Made by a program: the position numbers and the translations under genes. A stretch of DNA of 64,000 nucleotides from Nematocida ausubeli (lineage: Eukaryota), in NCBI RefSeq assembly GCF_000738915.1, contig NW_026515637.1, positions 434,001 through 498,000 on the forward strand, read 5' to 3'. Every line of letters begins with the position of its first letter. Position 1 is the stretch's first letter. This document shows positions 34,401 to 41,751 of the stretch, in pieces. The notes beneath the pieces were generated by a model. That model saw only the letters and a list, made by a program, of their open reading frames with translations, was not told where the DNA came from and searched no databases.

Positions 34401-37333
34401 TTTTTTAGACTTTCTCTAAATGCGCTATAGTCTAGAATCATGTACTTCATTGCGCTTTTCTTTGAGTAAATCAAGCTCAATGCCTGCATACGCAGTTTGT
34501 ACATATCCATTATCTTGCTATCGGAACAGATAAATTCATCACCCCATTCAGTAACTATTTCAACTAAAAGCTTTAATAGGTCATTTAGATACTTTAAAGC
34601 TTGTTTGGAATCTAAATTGTCCAGGGCATATTTTTCAATATTTTTTCTTTTGTTCTTTATGGTGTTTCTTCTAGAGTCGTCTGCTTTTTTCAAATTCGCA
34701 ATATTACTTAGTATCTCACTATAAACAGCTTTGCTTCTATTATGGCCAAACTTCTTTGGATATTCTTTCTGAATTGTTGAAAGAACGCTTTCAATCACAC
34801 TATTTGGCAGCTCCTCATAGTCTGCAGTTTCTTGTAAAGGGGCAGTCTCTTGTAAAGAGGTAGTTTCTTCATTAATGGAGTCTATCTCTGATATGTTAAA
34901 ATGGATTTCAGTGTACATATCTGGGTTTATATTCCCCTCTTGCACCAATCCATCAGGCATTCCTGAAAAGCTCTCTTCTAACACCTCATCTGTTGAGGAA
35001 ACGTGCACATTTTCACTTTCTTCCTCTATTATAATTTCTTTAGCAGAGGATATATTTTTGTATGTTTTAATGTCCCTGACGTATAGATGACCTGGCATCC
35101 ACGGTCCTGGTAGCTTTTCATGGGGTACAACACCATCCTTGACACCAACCACCTCTAGGTTTAAGAATGTATTTGTGATGCTACTCATATTATTAACTAT
35201 TTCATCTGATATAATAAACAGTTTTTTGGTTCTGTGGAGGATATCCAAAGTGCTCAGTTCTTTTCCATCAAGCCCTACTTTGCAGTATTTGAGACTAATG
35301 CAATTTACTGTTGTATAGTATTCTTGCAGCACACTACAAATAAGCCTAATTGCCTCGGCCGAGCAATTCCAAAAGACAAAATCCGTATGCAGGTAGACTG
35401 ACTCGTACTCAGGCATTTTAATGCCCATATGAGCAATGGGCCTGGGAATCTGTCCACTTATGTCTTTTTGCCTAAGTATCTGACTAAAAGAATCGTCAAA
35501 CATAATTGGCAAATACTTTTTTCTTTTAGGCTCCATCGGATCTTTCTTATTGGTGATGTGATCTATGTGAAACTCTGGGTACATACTCATAAAATCATTC
35601 TTTAATTCCACCACTATCTTCATGAACAAAGTAATTTGGGTTATATCCTTTTTGGGCAGCGACGCTTCTTGTTCTATAGGCAACCCTTGTATATCTAGCA
35701 CACTAACACTAGTTTTCTGCTTTGCATCAGAATAACTAGATATTCTTCTTGCATGTATCTTTTCCACTACAGCATAGAGTGGCTCAAATATTTGGGTTAT
35801 TTCATTTTCCAACTCTTCACTCTGGGTAGAACTTACATACTTAACTCTTTCTAGAATCTGCACCATATACTGGTTATGCTTCACTTCCAGCACTATTAGA
35901 TCCTCAATTAGCTTAAAAAGTTTACATTTTTTAAAGCCTGCCATACGCTCAGAAGTAAGTATTGGATTAAGTGCAGCAATAATAACCCGAATATCTTTCG
36001 AAACTCTGTCAAAATCCTTAATATCTTGATAAAATGTACGAAGTATTAGCTTGACCACTCTACTATCCGCATCCAATTCTCTCATTTTTTCTACTATCTT
36101 AGACATACACGAATTATTTTCTAACATTTGTCCATATGCTCTGTCAACTATATCTATGCATGTATGGTGCAAGCAACCCTCTTTGGCATTATATAGCATA
36201 TTCATATCATTTCCCATGGTTTCGCCATCGGAGACATTTCTTATCAAAAGCGGCTCCTCATGTGGTCCTATGTTATCAAGTGTCTTTTCATGGACCACTG
36301 ACTTCATAAACACCCTAGATAATATATCCCCTTCTGGTCTCTCAAGATTACCAACTTTACTTATTTTTTCATTTTCATTTTCTACTTCTATTAGCATACT
36401 TCTGTTGTTTACTGGAACTGGTGTCCAATAAATATTGTTCTCGCTCTCAGCAGGCTGTTCTGCATTCGAATCTTTATTCTTTAGTCTTTTCTTGCACATA
36501 TATATGAACAACCTCTTGAGCAGCGGTGTTTCCTCTCTTCTTTTCTGCCTTTTTTCTTTCTCTTTAGCAATATGTTCAATCCTTAATATATTTCTTGCCT
36601 CCTCCACACTCTTTGAGAATATTTGGTTTGTTTTTGGGAGCAATTTCTTATTCTGTATTACAATGCTCCATGCCTTCGTAGCATACAAATCATTATACTT
36701 TTTGTCAACCTTGGATACCTCTCTGTCACTTCGACATTTATAGTCACATACTAAAAGTCTCTTGAATTGCTCAGTCTTTGCATTAAGTCTATCTGCATAC
36801 AATTTTCTTACCATCATAAGATTTCTCCATTCTCTAATTGCCTCTTCTTCTTCTTTGGCCTCATCATTCAGGCTTTTTGTTATTTTCTTGTATAGAGTAT
36901 CATATGCATACGAGCGCACGCCTTCCTTGTCCGCTCCAAGTGTCAATTTATAAAAGTGCACTGCTTTTGCTCTCTGCACCATTATTTTTCTAATAACTTT
37001 TTCTAGCTGCAATGGGCCTACATTCACCTCTTTATCATCTTCCATGCTTACCGTAATAAATATATTTGGGTGTATTCTATACGCAGGATTTTCATTCGGG
37101 CAATCCAGATACTTCTCTACATGATCCCACATATTCACATCCAATACATATGCATTGCTGTTTCCATTTGTGTTTTTAGCAAGGTTCTCAAAATCGCATA
37201 TTGTCTTACTGCTGTAATCATTCGCGTTTCTCCAAAACTCTGCAAAGGGGCTGCTGTCTGTCCTTCCACAGCACACAATCCATAATATTACTATTTTTAT
37301 AATCTGTTTCTCTCTTTTTGTTTTTATCTTCAT
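28448..37333 (-). CDS. Giant (2961 aa) lineage-specific protein with putative signal peptide and RING-type Zn-finger motifs
   Basis: Uninterrupted ORF with hydrophobic start IIKIVILWIVCCG. LPCSHIFCYMC...CPLC at aa ~2104-2148 and a lone CTVC at aa 1322-1325. Confidence 0.88.
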   Translation of the reverse strand: MKIKTKREKQIIKIVILWIVCCGRTDSSPFAEFWRNANDYSSKTICDFENLAKNTNGNSNAYVLDVNMWDHVEKYLDCPNENPAYRIHPNIFITVSMEDDKEVNVGPLQLEKVIRKIMVQRAKAVHFYKLTLGADKEGVRSYAYDTLYKKITKSLNDEAKEEEEAIREWRNLMMVRKLYADRLNAKTEQFKRLLVCDYKCRSDREVSKVDKKYNDLYATKAWSIVIQNKKLLPKTNQIFSKSVEEARNILRIEHIAKEKEKRQKRREETPLLKRLFIYMCKKRLKNKDSNAEQPAESENNIYWTPVPVNNRSMLIEVENENEKISKVGNLERPEGDILSRVFMKSVVHEKTLDNIGPHEEPLLIRNVSDGETMGNDMNMLYNAKEGCLHHTCIDIVDRAYGQMLENNSCMSKIVEKMRELDADSRVVKLILRTFYQDIKDFDRVSKDIRVIIAALNPILTSERMAGFKKCKLFKLIEDLIVLEVKHNQYMVQILERVKYVSSTQSEELENEITQIFEPLYAVVEKIHARRISSYSDAKQKTSVSVLDIQGLPIEQEASLPKKDITQITLFMKIVVELKNDFMSMYPEFHIDHITNKKDPMEPKRKKYLPIMFDDSFSQILRQKDISGQIPRPIAHMGIKMPEYESVYLHTDFVFWNCSAEAIRLICSVLQEYYTTVNCISLKYCKVGLDGKELSTLDILHRTKKLFIISDEIVNNMSSITNTFLNLEVVGVKDGVVPHEKLPGPWMPGHLYVRDIKTYKNISSAKEIIIEEESENVHVSSTDEVLEESFSGMPDGLVQEGNINPDMYTEIHFNISEIDSINEETTSLQETAPLQETADYEELPNSVIESVLSTIQKEYPKKFGHNRSKAVYSEILSNIANLKKADDSRRNTIKNKRKNIEKYALDNLDSKQALKYLNDLLKLLVEIVTEWGDEFICSDSKIMDMYKLRMQALSLIYSKKSAMKYMILDYSAFRESLKKINICRIGKNYTKMQVDMGPAIKNQTDECSKKEEKCMDDLMNILNSWIHIHKLKAEVKVEVYNSIKGGIEKLQRIKKRVDLKKKKITPSSEEGDVYPTSSVQKEAVFIDFQVEFIDYHLKVLNIVHDYYSNDRIISQLKSRNRDNSSIKARGLTIEFLFPREKDITQDFLLQLHNMLASTVKENLDELHLIITVNEVEDPENYKEYLKEIATFFENNNQCREKEYFPNIYMFINAVDIDLCYQVMQGSRMEIKNESMGIIENVANSFSKIRKLKDQSWAVPRVIIRNSTLRKYLYGRLIAGEADTYKVDKKPSLRQIYMRLLALNGVKLPLQAVQEDQIEGSYKCTVCQEKLLNDSSEMSTQQVENLKIALQRLNKYLPNSPERRASKKLAEKKIDQAKEYAAVVIDIQNVLQRIEQNDFVNILNLAREIVESEGSSAIVKKLNRELEEETPGIDSYNRALKRIRDKENRLYSRRENYTMKLSNTQDSLDSAMLKNIELSVDEKWEIAWLLSDVLDRKHLKNWQHYTEEQVNYILREKALVHVKEVLSCHDMNRQLPSLESWIGELPDIGSDVAFFAVRKLLQFIEEAENGSVLYPYSIDQKNALFADVFVHPLNKVVQDVLKNCPEEREACMLSISSVDTDKSKYRILMINLYINWVSNIVSGKYPIENRNTDMCIFDIRKSTESVYPAVIIAVIKWAEKQHLKDILRLADSEKLIVPSIDDIDKKNKEFKNLIPDIFTKELLNSTDMLEYPLSLLMPRVNNSEQQIENAVCTNTPANRTRLPIICHNRINQKVLEAVSSDEVSRNLGSTQASVAIQEDIPILEEEEAELHELYEEPMSIDNPVNTMSEEMLNILKQLESYLNTPTPKIEDIYDKGVYYEIAPESIPRHLTAIDMLMKRIIRTFENVQSYEDIIAKRMQLEYIDLIYYNNRAIELLHKMYDAIKNNDSKALNECILGNYKEIYQIDINVNTQIYNLKMPLYKLMNTCVKKHKLSRLYKRLRDEKIVFKLAKTLQEGSDNAWKIACEKVLNKKQAQKKEKPAESPQEDPCTTSKKTYTLYRNSLNEKDTEKWMENCHGEVQDIIDNILEKDIADGGLQSTSGFGEKKIGKDREKTSHGTKLLVILPCSHIFCYMCAVHGQTNMTMAMHNNDVIHNTRRYPSLKKNAACPLCKVTTKYPQHMAILEDDYDLAVKNKQKYVLWNGVHKYTGHMPVEEMDEETLRSKKVEYMIRKRMFVYVDGRQLSENSKKRKDIASQKIKIEIFLYNRPAATKSNLNFNYDDYPLEISTDRSNRDQEALMQLLDKEIEDEQEVPPFDPSSKYARNEWFKLLVSRFKWKGREKNDLVLIEIPTYSNIPPVEVIPYNLKKPEYAIEDGIVPKVAPLKENGSSKIPSLITLLMERSREDTNEESCEISSSYSYGGQESSCDSEHERRKEEEEKAYEDKQALIFKNLRFEDCSTDSLIGPDEEVKEYLHILGSTQSEKIQTDKESERNSALNEEKKPHVLDDILLYTLGEYVQRKYNNSFVELEELYMSIAETLAKISYIMHDITIFDIFSACNSNDKEGQALSERNKKIEEFLNGQISFLKRQNNFYLFYSLFNCPRPNVDYTEINKKIGLDKYRSEKHEASLKKHKYLNLHRNSIVEKIKEIKKIKEIKKIKKIKKIKEKLGENNLDVNEILFSDAFIYEDNIDDVYKTNPPSLWSKVVVMSKHSDKVASDKVILSDSGEKNRNIELLVIDDSNLINMNEDRIELLKRNINIYHFTNSSIPRIFKSSNIFESHVLNRMLCLLTRLGNPNTKEEHTDPNMSNVEENTSLITLLESNMSDEDITKIFQILNETKQDADIGKHLNLQIRAIITSNARSKLVLYGRNLVRFVNNECLLEINTLKRYTGIAKKALEEIKDTNMVSEKTKREYRTVFSLLEKQTCILEDKDFSSSLENFKSVMHLIDVATSRIKELEDDWNDIITSTPLWIRKDVKTYILKTR
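29403..29471 (-). repeat. In-frame 9-bp tandem repeat (~7 copies) encoding (IKE/IKK)n
   Basis: + strand cttgatttt/cttgatttc units; protein KIKEIKKIKEIKKIKKIKKIKEK. Confidence 0.9.
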
Positions 37334-38014
37334 TTAAAAATTTGTAAAAATTGTTTATTTTAATGTTATTTTTGTGCTTAATTGCATTTTTATATTAAAA
37401 ATTTCTTAATGGAAACTATTAATTTAAATTCTTAAATTTGGCATATCACACAGCCAAAAGTAGCATCCCCAGAAGAAGTTACTAAGTAATTCTATAACGC
37501 AAGGCAGTAAGAAGCAAATCTCTTTTTTAAATTTTAAGTCTTACTTTTATACTGATGTAGTATGGGAGCTCAACTATTTTTGCATGGAAGTGAGAAATTA
37601 AAATTTGAGCTACAGAAATGCTAAGCACCCATTTTGTAGAGGTTTGAAGGAATAAATAAATTCTTGGCAGCAAATAATTTACTAGCTCTAATTTCTGGTG
37701 CTTCTTAAGAAATTTAAATTTTATAAAACACCCCAGGACAGTACTCTGAAGGAATGCATAAAGAACTACATAATTTATTTTAAATTTAGAGTATTTTGGG
37801 TTATAATAAAAAAGCCTTCTTAATGCATAAAGCCTATTGAATAGATGCATGCTCAGTAATTGGCCAGAATACTGCACTCTTGCCATTGCATGCATCCGCA
37901 TACTGCATATTTTATATTTTTACCCATTTGCATATAATAGTGCGCAGCCCGTGCGCAAGCTATTTGATGGACACATCCTATTTAATGTTGACAGCTGGGG
38001 CCGTATGATAATTA

Positions 38015-38086
38015 ACAGGCGTGGCGTAATGGTAACGCGTCTGACTTCGGATCAGAAGATTGCGGGTTCGAGTCCCGTCGCCTGTG
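38015..38086 (+). tRNA. tRNA-Arg(UCG)
   Basis: Acceptor ACAGGCG/CGCCTGT, D arm GCGT-AATGGTA-ACGC, anticodon stem TCTGA/TCAGA with TCG at 38047-38049, T arm GCGGG-TTCGAGT-CCCGT and a downstream T run. Confidence 0.95.
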
Positions 38087-38124
38087 TCTTTTTATTCTGC
38101 TTTATTTTTATCGACACATCCTGC

Positions 38125-39534
38125 ATGGCATTCAACACAGACAGACTCTCGAACATTCTGTCAAACATGGAAGAGAACACCTCCAACTTAAAATACGCAA
38201 TAAGGAACAACGTCTCTGAAATTCTGAAGAAAGACACCAACCAGGAGATAGAAATGCTTCGTAACGAGGTCCGTGTTCTTAAGGAAAGAGCACTTGCATG
38301 GGAAAAAGAAAGAGAAAACTTGCGCTGCAATTTACGAAGAAATGAAAATATAAATGAAAATGCTCTAGGGGCAAAAAGCACTGCAGAAAACATCCTAGCA
38401 AGCAACAACGCAGCACAGCATGAAATTGAGGAATTAAAGCAGCAACTGGAAAAGGCAAAGAAAGAGCATGGGCGGTACAAAGAATGGGCTGAGGCAAAGA
38501 TAAAGGCGCAGCTTGTTGACATACTGGAGCTGAAGGGTGCAATTAGAGTTGTGACCCGAATCAAACCATTTTCCTCAAAGGAGCAGGTTTTGTTTACTGA
38601 AGACACAATTGAAGTTCCGCAGAGGTCATTTGCTAGCCAGTGCACCCGAGTGCTCCCTCCAAAGACCACACAGAAAGAAGTGTTCTCTGAGATTGAAGAT
38701 CTTGTGCATTCTGTTACAAAGGGGTTTAAGGTAAGCATTCTGGCATATGGCCCCACTGGAAGCGGCAAAACATACACCATGGAAGGGGCTTCTGATGCAG
38801 AGTGCGTCACTGCAGAAAGCAGCCGTAGGAGCCGCTCTTCGTGCGTGGCCTACGCTGGGTTTACTGCGCAGTGTATGTGCGAGCCATGCGCTGGAAAAGG
38901 AGTAGTCTATAGAAGCACTGATGTTCTCAGAATGGAGCTGGAAAGAATGGAGCTGCTTGGGTACACGCACATAGTTAAAGTCTCCGGGGTTGAACTGTAC
39001 AATGACAAAGTGATAAAGTCTGTGGAGCAGCAGGGAATAGATAAAATTGAGGAGGTCTTTAAGAAAGTCTCTAGCGACAGAAGGATCAGCAGCACTGCGT
39101 GCAATCAGAGGAGCAGCAGAAGCCATTTAATACTCAGAATTAGTGTGCATCTGCAGAGAGAGGTAAACTCTCGTGTAGAGTACATTGATGGGAGTCTGTG
39201 CATTGTTGATCTGGCTGGGTCAGAGAGGCTAAACCACTCAAAGGCGGAGGGTGAGCGAATGAAGGAGGCTGTTGAGATCAACAAAAGTCTAACAGCTCTT
39301 GGCGATGTGGTGCATGCTATCTCCAACAACACAGCTCATATCCCATATCGAAACTCAACGCTCACGTCTTTGCTGAAAAGCACCCTCGGAGCAGGCGCTA
39401 AAACTGCCTTTATAATTAATGTGGACCCTGGGTCATCAATTGACGAAACAATTACCGCCCTACGATTCTGCAACAGGCTGCAGATGTGTAAGCTAGGCAG
39501 ATCAAAGGCATCTGCACTAGAGATAGTAAAATAG
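38125..39534 (+). CDS. Kinesin-14 (Kar3/Ncd type, C-terminal motor)
   Basis: N-terminal coiled coil, neck ELKGAIRVVTRIKP, AYGPTGSGKTYT, NQRSSRSH, VDLAGSER and HIPYRNS. The track's upstream extension runs through the tRNA, so the start is set at ATG 38125. Confidence 0.92.
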   Translation: MAFNTDRLSNILSNMEENTSNLKYAIRNNVSEILKKDTNQEIEMLRNEVRVLKERALAWEKERENLRCNLRRNENINENALGAKSTAENILASNNAAQHEIEELKQQLEKAKKEHGRYKEWAEAKIKAQLVDILELKGAIRVVTRIKPFSSKEQVLFTEDTIEVPQRSFASQCTRVLPPKTTQKEVFSEIEDLVHSVTKGFKVSILAYGPTGSGKTYTMEGASDAECVTAESSRRSRSSCVAYAGFTAQCMCEPCAGKGVVYRSTDVLRMELERMELLGYTHIVKVSGVELYNDKVIKSVEQQGIDKIEEVFKKVSSDRRISSTACNQRSSRSHLILRISVHLQREVNSRVEYIDGSLCIVDLAGSERLNHSKAEGERMKEAVEINKSLTALGDVVHAISNNTAHIPYRNSTLTSLLKSTLGAGAKTAFIINVDPGSSIDETITALRFCNRLQMCKLGRSKASALEIVK

Positions 39535-40100
39535 ACCAACACGCGGCCTTCTCAAGCAGGAGGTGTATAGAGTAAGACTTCTTCTCCTGCTCGAAAATAA
39601 ACTTTCTATTTACTTTTAATTCTGTATACTATATAGATGAAAGACATCTGCAAAAAATATATAAGAGCCCACTAGAGTATCTAAACTGTAAGCTTTTAAA
39701 GCCATTTGCTCTTATGGTATATTTATCAGTGTCATATTCCAAATAATACTCTCATTATGTTCTATTTTCTGGGTTATATCTTTAATTTTCTATCTTTAAC
39801 TTTCTATGCAAGCTAAAGCCGCATTCTCTGGTTATATCTGGATTCGCGTATCTTATTGATTTCGGGCTGTTTTATTGCACGCATAAATGTTATGCTAGAT
39901 GCCTTTACTTGTTGTTGATGGGTTCTTTAAAATTTGCAGATTTTCCTATTTTCCTATGCCTTGTCTGAAAAAAAGATATATTTCTGCTAAATATAAATTT
40001 GCATAGTGAAAGGATTTTGCATGAAGAGAATACAAAAAACAGAATAAAAAATAGAAGAAATTAAAGCAGAAAGTTCAAAATGCAATTTAACATGATACAA

Positions 40101-40245
40101 AGACAGAAGATTCAGATTTTGGAAATATCAGTCCAATGTATTCTAAACATTAAATGAAGAACTTTTATTATTGTGGTAGGAATATTCATGAAAAATTCTC
40201 TTGCTCTGAGTTTGTCTTGAATTTTGTGTCTCTTCCAGAATTTTA
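40101..40245. repeat. Dispersed element C copy
   Basis: agacagaa...cagtcca...tgaagaacttttattattgt...ctcttgct...ttccagaatt matches 9883-10040. Confidence 0.6.
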
Positions 40246-40361
40246 TTAGTGACATGCTAAAAAGAAGAAAACATTTCAGCGAGGAGATAGTAGTATAAAA
40301 TAGATAGAGTAATTATCGAGAAAACATTATTATAACCCGAAGTATGATTACTACAAACTCA

Positions 40362-40497
40362 ACGCATAAACAAGTAGAGCTTCTTGTAGAATCTTGGTTA
40401 ACAGCTAAAATCCCCATAAGTCAATATACAACACTAATCTACATTGCTTGCCCAGAAAGAGGGTTTCACCCAAAAGGCAGAAAAAGCCAACAACCAA
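40362..40497 (+). repeat. Dispersed element B, left arm
   Basis: ataaacaag...ttggttaacagctaaaa...acaacactaatctacattg...gaaagagggtttcaccc...caacaaccaa; inverted homologue at 41091-41232. Confidence 0.7.
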
Positions 40498-40676
40498 AAT
40501 TATGCTTATACACCAGGCCTCTTTACATGAAAAGTCTTTTCTATTGCTATAACTTTATTTGGGATTTTTGCAAAAAAAAGAAAATTCTGGAAGAAACACT
40601 CTTGATACTGATAGATAGATTTTATGATTTAGATTGAAAATTTAAGATAAATAGAGAATTATTTTTATATTTATAC

Positions 40677-41012
40677 ATGAATTGTGGATTTATCCTGGTA
40701 CTACTACACATTTATTACATTCAAGCAATGCACGAAATAAACAACCCAAACGGGTTCAGTTCCTTGGAGTCATTACATACATTCAGAACTCAAGATAATT
40801 CCCCCGGAGTTTTTTCGCGTATATATACAAAATTCACAGACTTATTTAAAACTACTAAAAGAAAACTGGGCTATGAAAATGAAGATGCGAATGTAGTGCA
40901 TTATAGCAAAGATGCAGATGATGAATGGTCTCAACTTATATGTGACGCTGAAAGAAATACAAATGAAACTAATCCAGCTACGGGCAATCCTAGTAAAAAA
41001 AAAGAACTCTAG
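40677..41012 (+). CDS. Small putative secreted orphan protein (111 aa)
   Basis: Signal-like MNCGFILVLLHIYYIQA, hydrophilic mature part and an AT-rich start context. Confidence 0.6.
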   Translation: MNCGFILVLLHIYYIQAMHEINNPNGFSSLESLHTFRTQDNSPGVFSRIYTKFTDLFKTTKRKLGYENEDANVVHYSKDADDEWSQLICDAERNTNETNPATGNPSKKKEL

Positions 41013-41090
41013 AATGTGCTTATTAGAAGTTAAGCTATTTATAGGCTCTATGCCAAAAACTAAGCTAGATTCTATACTGGCCGAACGCTC

Positions 41091-41232
41091 TGTTGGTTGT
41101 TGATAGGTGTTGGTTTCTCTACCTTGTGGGGTGAAACCTTCTTTCCAGCTCTTCAATGTAGAATTGTGTTGTTCACTCCTTTTAGTTTTGGCTGTAAGCC
41201 AACACAATACGAGGGGTAAGCTTGTTTATCCG
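41091..41232 (-). repeat. Dispersed element B, right arm (inverted)
   Basis: Reverse complement ataaacaag...ttggcttacagccaaaa...acaacacaattctacattg...gaaagaaggtttcaccc...caacaaccaaca matches 40362-40497. Confidence 0.7.
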
Positions 41233-41751
41233 CAAGCCATTTTGGATGTCTTATTTCCTTGATCTTTTATTCGTTCTTGAGCGAATAATTAATCATCTAC
41301 AAATAAGAATATAAAGACGCTTTCTGGAAGTTCCTGGAAGCTTTTGTCTAGATATAATATCACCTAGGAGAAGATTTAGAATAGAGCATAGGAAATAAAT
41401 TTTATTTAATTTAGTAGGACCAAGCCTAATACTTCAAGAAAGAAAACTTAGCTTTAGTAACACCAAGCAATAGTGCTTATTGGTGCACCAAAAAATCAAT
41501 TGGGTTTTTCATTTGAGGTGATCTTTGAAAATAGAATTACAGACAGGTTATTTAAAGAGCTGTGTTTTCAAATAAATACTAAGCTTAAGGTTTTTCATTA
41601 GGAAAACACGTTATAAGAAGAATGCTGAAATATTTGCAAAAACCGCACCGGATAAACATTCTATTCTCATTGAATTTCACATATACACACTTCATTTAGA
41701 AAGTCAGGATTTTGCACTTTTGTGATTTTAGCATCAATTTTTTTATTCTAT

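Noticed and set aside
37837..38124. N-terminal extensions of the kinesin ORF and of the MetAP2 ORF (45927-46250)
   Set aside because: They read through tRNA genes from non-ATG starts; homology begins at downstream ATGs.
40344..40637. 97-aa ORF and the 121-aa ORF at 40842-41207 sharing WLTAK..GF.P.GR..QQP
   Set aside because: The similarity is explained by element B DNA; the copies differ by indels and the third copy shifts frame.
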